60,738 bases of DNA from an uncultured Gammaproteobacteria bacterium (GCA_964353115.1 CAYGUI010000002.1:1-60738), one strand, 5' to 3'. Shown: positions 8,136-19,265, numbered from the stretch's first letter. The notes: generated by a model not told the origin, from the sequence alone. Made by a program: numbers and translations.

Positions 8136-9278
8136 TTAATAAGAATTAACATTATTTTCTTTATTAAGATCATCTTCAGTTACTTTGCCGCGTAGTATGT
8201 AATAAACCCATGATGTATAGCTTAATATTATTGGCATGAAAATTACTGTTGCGATTAGCATAGTAAATAACGTTGATTGACTTGATGAAGCATCCCAAAC
8301 CGTTAAGCTTGAGTTGTATTGTGTTGATGATGGTAATAAAAACGGAAACATTGCCAAGCCAAAAGTACTAATTATTCCAAACAAACTAATACTGCTTAAT
8401 AAAAATCTAGTTTTATATAAGTTAGTGCCGGATAAAATAAAAATTAATAATGCACCTAAAAATCCTGAAATAGGGGCAATCCATAAAAGTGGATAAAGTA
8501 AAAAATTATGCATCCACGCGCCCGGAACTGTAGTTACTTCTTTAAATAACGGATTAGATGGTCCCATATGGTCAACAGAAGTAGTAATTATGTAGCCATC
8601 TATGTATGTTTTGACAAAAAATCCACCGATAGAAAATAACAGTATTACCAAAATAGCGCTGATACGAGAAATATTGTCGCTGCGTTTTAATATATCGCCT
8701 TCTGTTTTAAGTGATAAAAATTGAGTTCCTTGCATAATAAACATGGTTAAGCTCAATAAGCCGCATAATAAAGCAAATGGGTTAAGCAGCTGCAAAAATG
8801 TTCCAGTATATTTGGAATGCAATTCGTTATCTAAATTAAATGGTAATCCTTGCATAACATTGCCAATCGCAACGCCGAATAATAGTGCAGGAATAAAGCC
8901 GCTTAATGAAAATAATATGTCCCAGGTGCTACGCCATCTATTAGTTTCAACTTTACTGCGATACTTAAAGCTCACTGGCCGTAAAATGAACGCTAATAAA
9001 ACAATAAACATTGCAAGATATAAGCTTGAAAAAGATATGGCATATAATAGCGGCCATGCAGCAAATATTGCGCCACCACCTAGAATAAACCACACTTGAT
9101 TGCCTTCCCACACTGGCCCAAGAGTATTTAATATTAGGCGTTTCTCTTTATCAGTTCTAGCAACAAATTTATAAATTGCTGCAATTCCTAAGTCAAAACC
9201 GTCAAAAATTGCAAAACCAATTAATAATACTCCTAATAAAAACCACCAAGTTACACGTAAAATTTCGATATTAGGCAT
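8136..9278 (-). CDS. cydB: cytochrome bd ubiquinol oxidase subunit II
   Basis: 380-aa polytopic protein. Its start overlaps the cydA stop. It sits in the typical CydB position and has the typical size. Confidence 0.9.
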   Translation of the reverse strand: MPNIEILRVTWWFLLGVLLIGFAIFDGFDLGIAAIYKFVARTDKEKRLILNTLGPVWEGNQVWFILGGGAIFAAWPLLYAISFSSLYLAMFIVLLAFILRPVSFKYRSKVETNRWRSTWDILFSLSGFIPALLFGVAIGNVMQGLPFNLDNELHSKYTGTFLQLLNPFALLCGLLSLTMFIMQGTQFLSLKTEGDILKRSDNISRISAILVILLFSIGGFFVKTYIDGYIITTSVDHMGPSNPLFKEVTTVPGAWMHNFLLYPLLWIAPISGFLGALLIFILSGTNLYKTRFLLSSISLFGIISTFGLAMFPFLLPSSTQYNSSLTVWDASSSQSTLFTMLIATVIFMPIILSYTSWVYYILRGKVTEDDLNKENNVNSY

Positions 9279-10855
9279 TATTTTAGATCTCCTTGTGTAG
9301 GTAAATTAGTAATTTCAAACGGTGAAGATAATTTTAAATATGCATCTGGACCAGCCTTAATAGTTTTAAGCATTAAATACATTTCAACTACAAATAATAT
9401 TGAGTAGAAAATTATAAAACCAATTAAAGTCGTCCATACTTTGGCGCTACTTAAGTCAGATGTTCCTAAGAATGTTGGAAGAATTCCTTCTACCACCCAT
9501 GGTTGTCTGCCATATTCAGCTACTACCCATCCAAGTTCAGCTGCAACCCATGGTAATGGGATGCTAAATAATGCTATTCGAAGTAATAATTTATTATCAA
9601 ATTTGTGTCGTGATGCTTGAATAAATGCAACGCCAAATAATCCGATAAAGAATAATCCAAGTCCTACCATTATTCTAAATGACCAAAATAACCATCCTAA
9701 ATGATAAGGAACGGTATCTTGTGCAGCGCGTTCAATGTCTGCATCACTAGCACGTAGTGGGTTTTCAACATAGCGTTTTAGTAGTAGAGCATAGCCTAAA
9801 TATTGATCATTTTTTTGTAGATTTGCTAAAGCTTGTTTATTTTTCGGATCAACTTTTAAAATGCTAAGAGCATCGTAAGCTTTAAGACCATCTCTAATAT
9901 GTTGGCGATTTCTTTCTACTAAATCATTTATTCCATAAACAGGTGTATCTAAAGAGCGAGTTGCGATAATTCCCAACATATATGGAATTTTAACGGTATA
10001 TTCAGTAGTTTTTGTTTCGCGATCTGGCCATCCTATTAAATTAAAAGATGCTGGTGGTTTTTCAGTTTCCCACATTCCTTCCATGGCAGCGATTTTCATT
10101 TTTTGTTGATCAGTATCTAGATAACCACTTTCATCACCTAATACTACAACTGATAGCGCTGACGCTAAACCAAAAGACGCGGCAACTACAAATGATCTTT
10201 TGGCAAAATCAGTATATTTTCCACGTAATAAGTAATAACTACTAATGCCTAAAACAAACATTGCGCCAGTTACATATCCGGCACTGACTGTATGAACAAA
10301 TTTAGCTTGGGCGACAGTATTGAATAAAACATCATAAAAACTGTCCACTTCCATACGCATGCTTTGAAAATTAAAGTGTGATCCTGTTGGTGCTTGCATC
10401 CAGCCATTAGCAACTAAAATCCACAACGCAGATAAGTTAGTTCCAAGTGCAAGTAAAAAAGTTGAGAATAAGTGTTTTACAGGCGACATCTTATTCCAGC
10501 CAAAGAAAAATATTCCGACAAAAGTTGCTTCTAAAAAGAAGGCCATTAGTCCTTCAATAGCAAGTGGGGCGCCAAAAATGTCACCAACAAATTGTGAATA
10601 ATAAGCCCAATTTGTGCCAAATTGAAACTCCATGGTAATTCCTGTTGCAACACCCATAGCAAAGTTTATACCAAACAGAATGCCCCAAAATTTGGTCATA
10701 TCACGCCAAATTTTACGACCAGTCATTACAAACACTGTTTCCATAATGGCTATCATGACAGAAAGACCTAATGTTAATGGAACAAATAAAAAGTGATAAA
10801 GTGCTGTGATTGCGAATTGTAATCGAGATAAGTGAACAAGTGATTCATCAAACAT
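9278..10855 (-). CDS. cydA: cytochrome bd ubiquinol oxidase subunit I
   Basis: N-terminal LSRLQFAITALYHFLFVPLTLGLS and the overall 525-aa architecture are characteristic of CydA. Confidence 0.95.
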   Translation of the reverse strand: MFDESLVHLSRLQFAITALYHFLFVPLTLGLSVMIAIMETVFVMTGRKIWRDMTKFWGILFGINFAMGVATGITMEFQFGTNWAYYSQFVGDIFGAPLAIEGLMAFFLEATFVGIFFFGWNKMSPVKHLFSTFLLALGTNLSALWILVANGWMQAPTGSHFNFQSMRMEVDSFYDVLFNTVAQAKFVHTVSAGYVTGAMFVLGISSYYLLRGKYTDFAKRSFVVAASFGLASALSVVVLGDESGYLDTDQQKMKIAAMEGMWETEKPPASFNLIGWPDRETKTTEYTVKIPYMLGIIATRSLDTPVYGINDLVERNRQHIRDGLKAYDALSILKVDPKNKQALANLQKNDQYLGYALLLKRYVENPLRASDADIERAAQDTVPYHLGWLFWSFRIMVGLGLFFIGLFGVAFIQASRHKFDNKLLLRIALFSIPLPWVAAELGWVVAEYGRQPWVVEGILPTFLGTSDLSSAKVWTTLIGFIIFYSILFVVEMYLMLKTIKAGPDAYLKLSSPFEITNLPTQGDLK

Positions 10856-10962
10856 TGTAAGTGTTCCAAATAATATAATTCAAGGGTAATATAGTAACCT
10901 AAAGAAGATTTGTCAATAAAGTCATTTTTAGCTACAATTATATTTTAAAGTATGGAAAAAAC

Positions 10963-13137
10963 ATGAGTAAAGATCCTTTTTTCGATCGAGAATCAGAAAA
11001 GTACGAGAATCCCATCGCAAGTCGCGAATATATTATTAAAGTTTTAAAAGAATCTGGTAGCGTAGTAACTCTCAAAAGTTTATTAAATAAATTAGACATC
11101 ACCGATAAAACACAGAAAAAAGCGCTAAAATTTCGCTTAAAAGCAATGGAGCGCGATGGCCAAGTAATTTCTATGAATAAAAATAGATATGCATTGCCTG
11201 ATAAAGTTCCACTTATGTCAGGTTATGTTGGTGCTACGCGTGATGGCAGTTGTTATGTGCGTGAAACTGTAAGTGGTAATAAATATTTTATTAAACCACG
11301 CCAATGGCGCATGATTTTCCCGGGCGATAAAATTCTGTTCCGTAAAAGTGGAGCACTTTTACGTGGTGAGCCTGAAGCTGTAATTCAAGAAGTATCTGAA
11401 AAAAATACTAAAGAAATAGTTTGTAAATTAAAAGAGCGCGAAGGTGTTATTTTTGCTTACCCAATTAATACCCGAGTTAATCGTGAAATTTTAATTCAAA
11501 ATAAAAATATAACTCTTATTGCTGATGGCATTGTTAGCGTAAAGCTTTTAGATTATCCAACTCTTGATAATCCAGCTGTTGGTAAAGTGGTCAAAAACTT
11601 AGGTACAGAAATTGATTACAGGTTAGCAGTTGAAATTGCATATCGCGATTATAATATTCCATATAAATGGCCTAAGGATGTTAAAGAAGAATCATATAAG
11701 ATTCCTGATTCGGTACAACAAGAAGATCTTAAAAATAGAACAGATTTACGTGATTTGCCGTTGGTAACTATCGATGGTGAAACTGCAAAAGATTTTGATG
11801 ATGCAGTATATTGTGAAGATAAAGGCGACGAAGGTTTTCGATTAATAGTTGCAATTGCTGATGTTGCTACTTATGTAAAAGAAGGTAGTGCATTAGATCG
11901 TGAGGCGCAAGAGCGCGGTAATTCGGTATATTTTCCAGGAACAGTTGTGCCAATGTTGCCAGAAAAATTATCTAATGGTCTTTGTTCGCTTAATCCTGGT
12001 GTTGATCGCTTGTGTTTAGTGTGTGATGCATTAATTAGTAACGAAGGAATTACCACAGAGTTTAAGTTTTATGCAGCTGTTATGAACTCAAAAGCACGTA
12101 TGACTTATAACAATGTTGCTAAAATTTTATATGACAATGATCGTAAGTTAAAAAAGCAATATGATTATGTTTTAGAAAATTTAGATAATCTTAATAAATT
12201 ATTTAATATTTTGCATAAAGCACGTGTAACTCGTGGAGCTATTGATTTTGATACAGTTGAAACTCAAATTATTTTTGATAAAAACAAAGAAATTGCGGAA
12301 ATTAAGCCAGTTGTACGTAATAACGCTCACAGAATTATTGAAGAATGCATGCTGGTTGCCAATGTTGCAGCAGCAAATTTTGTGACTAAAAATAAAATAA
12401 AAGTTTTATTTCGTAATCATGAAGAGCCGCCAAAAGAAAAAGCTGCAAATTTACGCAAATTTTTAGCTATGCACGGATTAGCATTGAGAAATAAAGACGA
12501 AATTTTACCGCAAGATTTGAATAAGGTTTTAGAGAAAATTCAAGATCGTCCGGATAAACAAATTATTGAAACTATAGTTTTACGCTCCATGGCGCAAGCA
12601 GGATATGAGGCGGAAAACAAAGGACATTTTGGTTTAGCATATGATGCTTATACGCATTTTACTTCTCCAATTAGACGTTATCCCGATTTATTTTTGCATC
12701 GTCAAATTCATAATTTTTTAGGAACTCATCATTTAAATAAAAGAGAAGAAATCATTCATGAAGAGCAGCTAAAAAGAGCGCATCAACTTGGCGAACAATG
12801 TTCGATGACTGAGCGTAGGGCTGATGATGCAACGCGCGATGTTACGGCTTGGTTAAAGTGCAAATATATGTACGATAAATTAGGTAATGTATATCCAGGA
12901 AGTATTACCGGGGTTACTAATTTTGGTATTTTTATAACACTTAAAGACTTTTATGTTGAAGGCCTTGTGCATATTACAACACTTGGCAAGCAAGAATATT
13001 TTGAATATGACGAAGTTAGATTCAGACTAATTGGCGAGCGTAGTGGAAAAATATATAGTATCGGCGATAAAGTAACGGTAAAAGTTATGCGAGTTGATCT
13101 TGATGAGAAGCAAATTGATTTTGATCTAGTAAAATAA
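10963..13137 (+). CDS. rnr: ribonuclease R
   Basis: RNB catalytic motif HFGLAYDAYTHFTSPIRRYPDLFLHRQI, a C-terminal S1-like domain (GSITGVTNFGIFITL), 724 aa. Confidence 0.95.
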   Translation: MSKDPFFDRESEKYENPIASREYIIKVLKESGSVVTLKSLLNKLDITDKTQKKALKFRLKAMERDGQVISMNKNRYALPDKVPLMSGYVGATRDGSCYVRETVSGNKYFIKPRQWRMIFPGDKILFRKSGALLRGEPEAVIQEVSEKNTKEIVCKLKEREGVIFAYPINTRVNREILIQNKNITLIADGIVSVKLLDYPTLDNPAVGKVVKNLGTEIDYRLAVEIAYRDYNIPYKWPKDVKEESYKIPDSVQQEDLKNRTDLRDLPLVTIDGETAKDFDDAVYCEDKGDEGFRLIVAIADVATYVKEGSALDREAQERGNSVYFPGTVVPMLPEKLSNGLCSLNPGVDRLCLVCDALISNEGITTEFKFYAAVMNSKARMTYNNVAKILYDNDRKLKKQYDYVLENLDNLNKLFNILHKARVTRGAIDFDTVETQIIFDKNKEIAEIKPVVRNNAHRIIEECMLVANVAAANFVTKNKIKVLFRNHEEPPKEKAANLRKFLAMHGLALRNKDEILPQDLNKVLEKIQDRPDKQIIETIVLRSMAQAGYEAENKGHFGLAYDAYTHFTSPIRRYPDLFLHRQIHNFLGTHHLNKREEIIHEEQLKRAHQLGEQCSMTERRADDATRDVTAWLKCKYMYDKLGNVYPGSITGVTNFGIFITLKDFYVEGLVHITTLGKQEYFEYDEVRFRLIGERSGKIYSIGDKVTVKVMRVDLDEKQIDFDLVK

Positions 13138-13184
13138 TATTTATGCTATAGTTTTTATTATATTCAATTTAATTGCAAGGATGC

Positions 13185-13991
13185 ATGAATTTAAAAAAAT
13201 ACGCTATTTTTTTCTTAAGCATATGTTTTTGTAACATTTTTGCGGCAGAGTATTGCGATAAAAGTAAATCATCTTGCCAACAAAAATGTCTTGAGATACA
13301 TAACTATCTTGATTCTAAGAAAAATGATTTAAAAAAGTATGCTAGCTTAATGCAAAAGGCGAAAGAAGCGCGTTGCATACAAAGGGTTAAGCGTTTTGAG
13401 CATGTAAATTTTTTAAAAAAGCACAATAAAAAAGAACCTGTAGTTGGACAATCTTCAAATCAGGCAATAATTCAAATTGCTGACAAATATAAAGTATTAA
13501 ATATATGTGACGATTTTGGTTCCAGTAATATTAAACAAATTGAAAATGAAAAAATTGAACTGGGATTTTTTCAATCAAGAAATCAATTTGAAAAAGAGAC
13601 TGGAACATTTTTAAGTGCTTTTGGAGACATAGCGGCTAATCCTGATGTTGGAGTCCAATCTGTCACTCCTGTTTGTTACAAAAAAAATTCTGGAAAGTTA
13701 AGTCGTTTGATAAATTTAGCGCCAGAGCAAGGTATTTATACTATAAACAAAGGTTATAAATTATATCCTGGAGATATAGAAAGAATAGCTTGTAAGCCAA
13801 AGCAAGGGACATCAAGAGAGTGCGTATTAATTACGGTCAATCGTTATCAATTAAATAAATACAATATAAATAATGGAAATGTTTTTGAATCAACATTAGG
13901 AAATCCAAATACTTTAAATCAAAGTTACATTAATAATTTTATTAAAAGTAGTGATTTAGTCTATCCTCAAAATATTAAAAGGTTAAATTAA
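13185..13991 (+). CDS. hypothetical secreted protein, first gene of the cysteine-rich operon
   Basis: ATG at 13185 (the track gives TTG 13173) yields the signal peptide MNLKKYAIFFLSICFCNIFA. The C-terminal ACKPKQGTSRECVLI resembles the start of the 4-Cys module of the downstream genes. The stop overlaps the next start (TAATG). Confidence 0.65.
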   Translation: MNLKKYAIFFLSICFCNIFAAEYCDKSKSSCQQKCLEIHNYLDSKKNDLKKYASLMQKAKEARCIQRVKRFEHVNFLKKHNKKEPVVGQSSNQAIIQIADKYKVLNICDDFGSSNIKQIENEKIELGFFQSRNQFEKETGTFLSAFGDIAANPDVGVQSVTPVCYKKNSGKLSRLINLAPEQGIYTINKGYKLYPGDIERIACKPKQGTSRECVLITVNRYQLNKYNINNGNVFESTLGNPNTLNQSYINNFIKSSDLVYPQNIKRLN

Positions 13992-15322
13992 TGAAGAAAT
14001 TTTTTATATTTTTAGTAGCAGGCATATTTAATATTTCATTTGCAAATACTAATCCACAAGATTTGGGGCCAATAACCTATGAATGTGCAGCAGTATGTAC
14101 TGATAATGTTAAATATTATAAGAATTTTTATAAGTTTGAAGCTGCAGCCTATAAAGGAGTTATAACTTATTCTCCTGAGAATAGTAATTATAGTTTGACT
14201 CAGCAGGATGTTATCGATCTTGGTAAATCATATTGTCAAGATATGGCATTAATTGCACTTACATGCGATCGAGAATCTAATAATTTAATCAATAAAAATA
14301 ATTATCCTGATAGCTCTTTTGGTGCAATGCCTGTTAATTGTAATGAAGAGACTCCGCCGCCACCAGCAAAAGAAGATTATATGTTGATTCCTGAAGAAAA
14401 TATTTATGTAAAATTATTTTCTCGTGAAAAAGAATCGGTTAATACTTTGATCTCTCAAGTCCAAGATCAAACTATCCCAAAAGTTGAGAGAATTGATGAG
14501 ATAGAAGATCAGTTAACAACTGCATCAGGGCAACAAAGCACTGATTTACAAAATGAAAGAACTAGGTTAGAAAATGAAATTAAACAAATATCTAGTCAAG
14601 CAACACCATATATTAAAGATATTAAAGAAGCATGTCCTTCTAATGCTGTAGATTATTCAATAATTGAAGTAGATGATGATGTATATAAAAAATATTGCTT
14701 TGAAAACTGTAAAGCTGATTTTAGCCGAATAAAGGCAGAGCAAGAAATACAGGGAGATATTTATAACGTTATAACTGCAGATGATTATAGTATTTGCTAC
14801 AAACAATGCCCAAGTTCACAAAAACTATATAAAGATTTTTATTGCTATCAAGATATTCCATGCCCAGTTTTTAATCCCTATGCTAAAGAGAATAATTCAC
14901 AAGATTTTAATTGTTATCAGATAAATACTAAGCAATTTAGTGTTTGTCCTTATCATGAATCTTTATTAAATAAAAATATTTTGTTCTCATCGACTAGTAA
15001 TATGTTTCTAAATTCAGGAACTTATGAGGTTAAATCTTTAAGAAATAATGATCAACAATGTTTAGATGAGCGTTACGGTATTAAAATTTATGGAAAATTG
15101 ATTGAACTTACTGGAGTTTCAGGTGATTTATTTTGCTTATATTTTGATGGAAGTTTATGGTCTATAACTAATAAGCTGACTCTTGGATTTGTAAAAATGA
15201 AAAATTTTAATTTCTTTGATTCAGAAAATAACTTAAAAAGAGAGCCTGCAAGAAATTATGCTCCGCATCAAGAAATACCTCCTGATGAAATTATGTTGAA
15301 TTTAGGTGCTACAGAAGGCTAA
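13991..15322 (+). CDS. hypothetical secreted cysteine-rich protein (443 aa)
   Basis: Signal peptide MKKFFIFLVAGIFNISFA, many Cys residues, and a central charged, coiled-coil-like stretch (ERIDEIEDQLT...LQNERTRLENEIKQ). I recognised no family. Confidence 0.7.
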   Translation: MKKFFIFLVAGIFNISFANTNPQDLGPITYECAAVCTDNVKYYKNFYKFEAAAYKGVITYSPENSNYSLTQQDVIDLGKSYCQDMALIALTCDRESNNLINKNNYPDSSFGAMPVNCNEETPPPPAKEDYMLIPEENIYVKLFSREKESVNTLISQVQDQTIPKVERIDEIEDQLTTASGQQSTDLQNERTRLENEIKQISSQATPYIKDIKEACPSNAVDYSIIEVDDDVYKKYCFENCKADFSRIKAEQEIQGDIYNVITADDYSICYKQCPSSQKLYKDFYCYQDIPCPVFNPYAKENNSQDFNCYQINTKQFSVCPYHESLLNKNILFSSTSNMFLNSGTYEVKSLRNNDQQCLDERYGIKIYGKLIELTGVSGDLFCLYFDGSLWSITNKLTLGFVKMKNFNFFDSENNLKREPARNYAPHQEIPPDEIMLNLGATEG

Positions 15323-15338
15323 GTAAAGAGGATCAAGG

Positions 15339-18300
15339 ATGACATTTAGAAAGATTACAGCAAGTTTCGTATTATTTACATATTTAGTATCAATTACGGC
15401 TACGAGCTTTGCTCTTAATAGTCCTCTTTCAAAAATAATTAGCTCCGGTAATCAGGATGCTAAACGAATAAGTGAAGTGTTAACTGGTGGAATTGCTGAT
15501 ACTGGCAGAGGTTGGTGCTGGAAAAGTAATTACTATAAAGATGATCCTCGGCCATTATCAGACTGCCCAAGTAATAAAGAAAAAGTTGGCGCATTATGTT
15601 TTCCTTTTTGCCCTGAAGGATATAGAAGATTGCCTGGAGATATTACAGGTATTTGTTATGCAAATTGTCCCTCTAATTCTACTGATACCTTATTATTTTG
15701 TGGTTTTAGTACCTCTTGTGATACTCAATTTTTTAAAAGTGGGGTAATGCCATCTTGCCCTAAAAAATCAATCATAGGTAGAAGGCCTTATACCGCTAAG
15801 TGCACTGCGTCAAGGTGGAAAAAAATAGTGACATTAGGAACTATTTGCTTAGCTAGACGTTATTTGAAGTGTAAAAATGATCGAGTTTTGGGCTCTGGTG
15901 GCTCTTTGTTGTGTTATGATCGATGCCCCAGTAATATGAGTATTAATGGAGTTGGGGATTGCTACGCAGGGTGTCCTAGCGGTTGGACAAGTCATGGGCT
16001 ACTTTGTAATAATCAGCCAGCGATGAATTGTCAGAATGAGCCAAGAATGGCTGCTGGATCTAAGCCATTGTGTCCAAAAAGTAGCAATGGAGCTGGTGCT
16101 CTTGGTACTCCATTACAATGTCCACCACATCGTGAACGTGATGGAGCATTGTGTTATACGCCATGTAACCCTGGTTATGATCGAACTGCTGGTTTTTGTT
16201 GGCAAGAATGTTCAAATTCTTTTTTCCCATCAAGTTGTGCTTCTGCATGCGCTATTTCCAGTGGTACATGTGGTAGTGTTATTGCTAATCAAGTAATTGC
16301 CCCAGTTATGGCGGTTGTAACTATTTTAGTTACAGCATTAAGTGCTGGTACAGCAGCACCAGCAATGAAAGCAGCAAATGCTGGTATGAAAGTTGCAGCA
16401 AATACTGCGAAGGTCGGTAGAATTTCCACAAGGGTTGCAAGAGCTGGACAAAGAATTTCAGGTAGTTTATTACGTTCAAGCAGTAGAATTTTGCAAAAGG
16501 TGGGGCAAAAACTAGGTACTTATAGTACAACTATTGCTACTCATACTTCAAAATCATTTGCTAAGCAAGTTGCTGTTAATTTAGCCAAATCTGCAGTAGC
16601 GCGCTCTTTTGCTGTTGGTGTTAGAGTTGGATGCCAAGAAGGTATGAAGCCACATTTGGCACAAAATAAAGATTTAGCGTATGTTTGTACAGCAGCCAGT
16701 GCTGCTACAGCAATTGTTGCTAATGTTGGACTTACTGCGGCATCAGGTGTTGCTGGTTATTCAGGTAAAGAATTGTTTAATGGCATTGCTCCAACTGGTC
16801 TTGCTGGAGTTAAAAATACTTTTAGTTTTACAACAGCGCTACCAGTATTGGCTAATTTAGCTAGTATGGGTGTTGATATGCGTAAGTATGCTTCTTGTCA
16901 AGATGAAGTAGCAAAAGCAACAACAGCATCAGCAGTAAGTATGCACTGTAAAAAATATGCTTCAATTATTAATGAATTGAAGAGAATAAATCAGGTTAAT
17001 ACTAAAAATAACGAAAACGATTTTACTAATTTAGTTAATTTAAGTAAGCAAGGTTGGGCATCTGCTGCAGCTAACTCATTTAGACTGGAAAATTTCCCTG
17101 CTATCAATAAACAGAATTGTGACAATCTAGAGATACTACGACAAAATGGTATGTGTCGTGTAGCAGGATTATTTATAAAATCTGATACACCTTTTAGTTA
17201 TATTGATTTTACAAAAGATACTAAATCTAATGATATTATCTTGACAGATTATACTGATGTTGGATTTACTCTTGAAGAAGCAATGGAGTGTAACAATGGA
17301 GCAGCTAATGATAAATGCCAATTTGCTGCGGTAATAGTCAACTCTAATATTCCTAATGTATTAAATCCACTAATAGAGGTGCAAAAATTAGTACAATCTA
17401 CTAATTTTCAACAAACATTTGGTTTGCCAACAGGTACTGTTTCGCAAGATGTTAATGTTAGCCCAATGGAAAAATTAATTTGTAAGGAGATTAATAATAA
17501 AGCTCGTTTAGAAGATCCAAATGCTGGTATACAGATTAGTGATGCTAATTGTAGAAAAATAATAGATTCTTACGAAAAATTTTATCAGTCAGGGGATCTT
17601 TCAAATATAGATCTAGATTTAGATACTATTAGTGGAAATTTAACTGATAAAGAAGAAGTGGAATGGCGCTTAAAAATGGAGTTATCAAATTCTATATTTG
17701 AAACTTCCAAAGCGATTCAAGAAAGTGATAGGGTCAATAGTATTTTAAATAAGGTTATTGATGAAGTAGAGCGACAAGGCTTTAATCGTGATGATGCCTC
17801 AAAATATGCTGGAGTTATTATTGACACTATAGCAACGGCAGTTTCAAAAAAATCAGCAGAAGCTCAGGCGCGTGAAATATATGAAGATCCATATTTTTGG
17901 TTGGGAGTTGCTTCGGCAGTTGATCCAACAGGGCTTGTGGCTGTAATTGATGCATTTTTATCTGATAAATGCCAAACAATTAGTTCATTACCATTTAGCC
18001 AAGTTATTAGAGATCCGCGTTTTAGTCTAGATAATGTGAATAAATATTATGCATTTAAATATGGAGTGCAAGCACTGAATGCTTCAGCCTCAAATGGTAT
18101 TGTTCATCCGGAAACAGTATTTGATCATGATAGGTGGTTTGCTGCAGTAGTAGATAACGATGAATTATTTGGTTATGTTTCCGATCTTAAGGATGTAAGG
18201 GTAGATGGATCTAGAGTAAATGTTGTAAAAGATGGTAAATCTGCGATTGAAATGATGATTGAGGTAATGCCAAGTTTACCAGAATTTAGTCGATTAAATT

Positions 18301-19265
18301 ATTCTTGGATCGACCAGTCATCATATGTTGGTAATAAGGATGTTTATAAAAAAATTCATATGGATAATAATTTAAATTTCTGGTATTGGAAATTAGTAAA
18401 TAATACTCCAACACTTTACGTGTATGTTTACAAAGATCAAGCTGAGAAAAAAGCCATTGATTATAATAAATCAGGCACGTATCAAGTTGAAAATAAACTC
18501 GTCAATAAAATAACAGGTGATATATCTATTGCTCCAAATGCTGCGGCTAGTGCAAAACAAAAATCTGGTGCAAATTTATTATTTAATGTTGACTTTGATA
18601 CAAATAGTAATTTACGTGCTAGAGAAAATACACATAATTTAACCGTATTTGATCCAACATCCGCTAACGAGCAACCAAAAGCAATAAATTGTTTAGATAA
18701 AGTAGATGCTTTAGATAATAGATCTTGCGTACTATTTTATGCTGATAGATGTGAAAATGTATTTGTTGCTGGAGATGGAAGCAAGGTTTTATCTACAGTG
18801 ACTGATGCAAATTGTGGCTCTGATACTTTAATTAAAAGAAGAATTGCTCGTGCAAAATATCATCAGCCTGGAGTAAAAACCTTCAAGCAAGATTATAAAA
18901 ATGTAATATTTATTGAATTTGAGGCTGTTAATAATAATGGAAATTTATCAGCTAGTATTGTTGGTGATGAAGAAATTAATAATGATCCAGGTCGTCAGGC
19001 TGATGCAATCATTTGTAAAGATAATGCTGATTCAAGCAATAATCGACAATGTGTTTTCATAAGCGAAGATTCTTGTCTTCGTGTAAGTATTGATAATTTT
19101 TCAGGTAGAGAAACTGCTCGTTCAGTTGATAGAAACTGTGGTTACGGTACAACGCAAAAACTTGTACAAATAAAGCAAGAATTTGCTGAGCCAGGTAAAA
19201 GAGCATATAACGATAAATTTTTAAATGCAGTATCAATTGACTTTATAGTCAGCATTACACCATGA
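15339..19265 (+). CDS. hypothetical large secreted/membrane protein (1308 aa): Cys-rich N-domain, Ala/Gly-rich hydrophobic region, two C-terminal 4-Cys modules
   Basis: Has a signal peptide and roughly 50 Cys in the first 310 aa, with a recurring LC[FY]xxCPxG[YW]...C[YW]xxC[PS] unit. A hydrophobic helix VIAPVMAVVTILVTALSAGTAA follows. C-terminal modules begin at Cys codons 18690 and 19014. Confidence 0.8.
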   Translation: MTFRKITASFVLFTYLVSITATSFALNSPLSKIISSGNQDAKRISEVLTGGIADTGRGWCWKSNYYKDDPRPLSDCPSNKEKVGALCFPFCPEGYRRLPGDITGICYANCPSNSTDTLLFCGFSTSCDTQFFKSGVMPSCPKKSIIGRRPYTAKCTASRWKKIVTLGTICLARRYLKCKNDRVLGSGGSLLCYDRCPSNMSINGVGDCYAGCPSGWTSHGLLCNNQPAMNCQNEPRMAAGSKPLCPKSSNGAGALGTPLQCPPHRERDGALCYTPCNPGYDRTAGFCWQECSNSFFPSSCASACAISSGTCGSVIANQVIAPVMAVVTILVTALSAGTAAPAMKAANAGMKVAANTAKVGRISTRVARAGQRISGSLLRSSSRILQKVGQKLGTYSTTIATHTSKSFAKQVAVNLAKSAVARSFAVGVRVGCQEGMKPHLAQNKDLAYVCTAASAATAIVANVGLTAASGVAGYSGKELFNGIAPTGLAGVKNTFSFTTALPVLANLASMGVDMRKYASCQDEVAKATTASAVSMHCKKYASIINELKRINQVNTKNNENDFTNLVNLSKQGWASAAANSFRLENFPAINKQNCDNLEILRQNGMCRVAGLFIKSDTPFSYIDFTKDTKSNDIILTDYTDVGFTLEEAMECNNGAANDKCQFAAVIVNSNIPNVLNPLIEVQKLVQSTNFQQTFGLPTGTVSQDVNVSPMEKLICKEINNKARLEDPNAGIQISDANCRKIIDSYEKFYQSGDLSNIDLDLDTISGNLTDKEEVEWRLKMELSNSIFETSKAIQESDRVNSILNKVIDEVERQGFNRDDASKYAGVIIDTIATAVSKKSAEAQAREIYEDPYFWLGVASAVDPTGLVAVIDAFLSDKCQTISSLPFSQVIRDPRFSLDNVNKYYAFKYGVQALNASASNGIVHPETVFDHDRWFAAVVDNDELFGYVSDLKDVRVDGSRVNVVKDGKSAIEMMIEVMPSLPEFSRLNYSWIDQSSYVGNKDVYKKIHMDNNLNFWYWKLVNNTPTLYVYVYKDQAEKKAIDYNKSGTYQVENKLVNKITGDISIAPNAAASAKQKSGANLLFNVDFDTNSNLRARENTHNLTVFDPTSANEQPKAINCLDKVDALDNRSCVLFYADRCENVFVAGDGSKVLSTVTDANCGSDTLIKRRIARAKYHQPGVKTFKQDYKNVIFIEFEAVNNNGNLSASIVGDEEINNDPGRQADAIICKDNADSSNNRQCVFISEDSCLRVSIDNFSGRETARSVDRNCGYGTTQKLVQIKQEFAEPGKRAYNDKFLNAVSIDFIVSITP

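Noticed and set aside
15487-16530. Four short ORFs (15487-15747, 16036-16296, 16060-16248, 16330-16530) inside the 1308-aa gene
   Set aside because: They are nested in or antisense to a 3.9-kb uninterrupted ORF. They show no start signals or family features.
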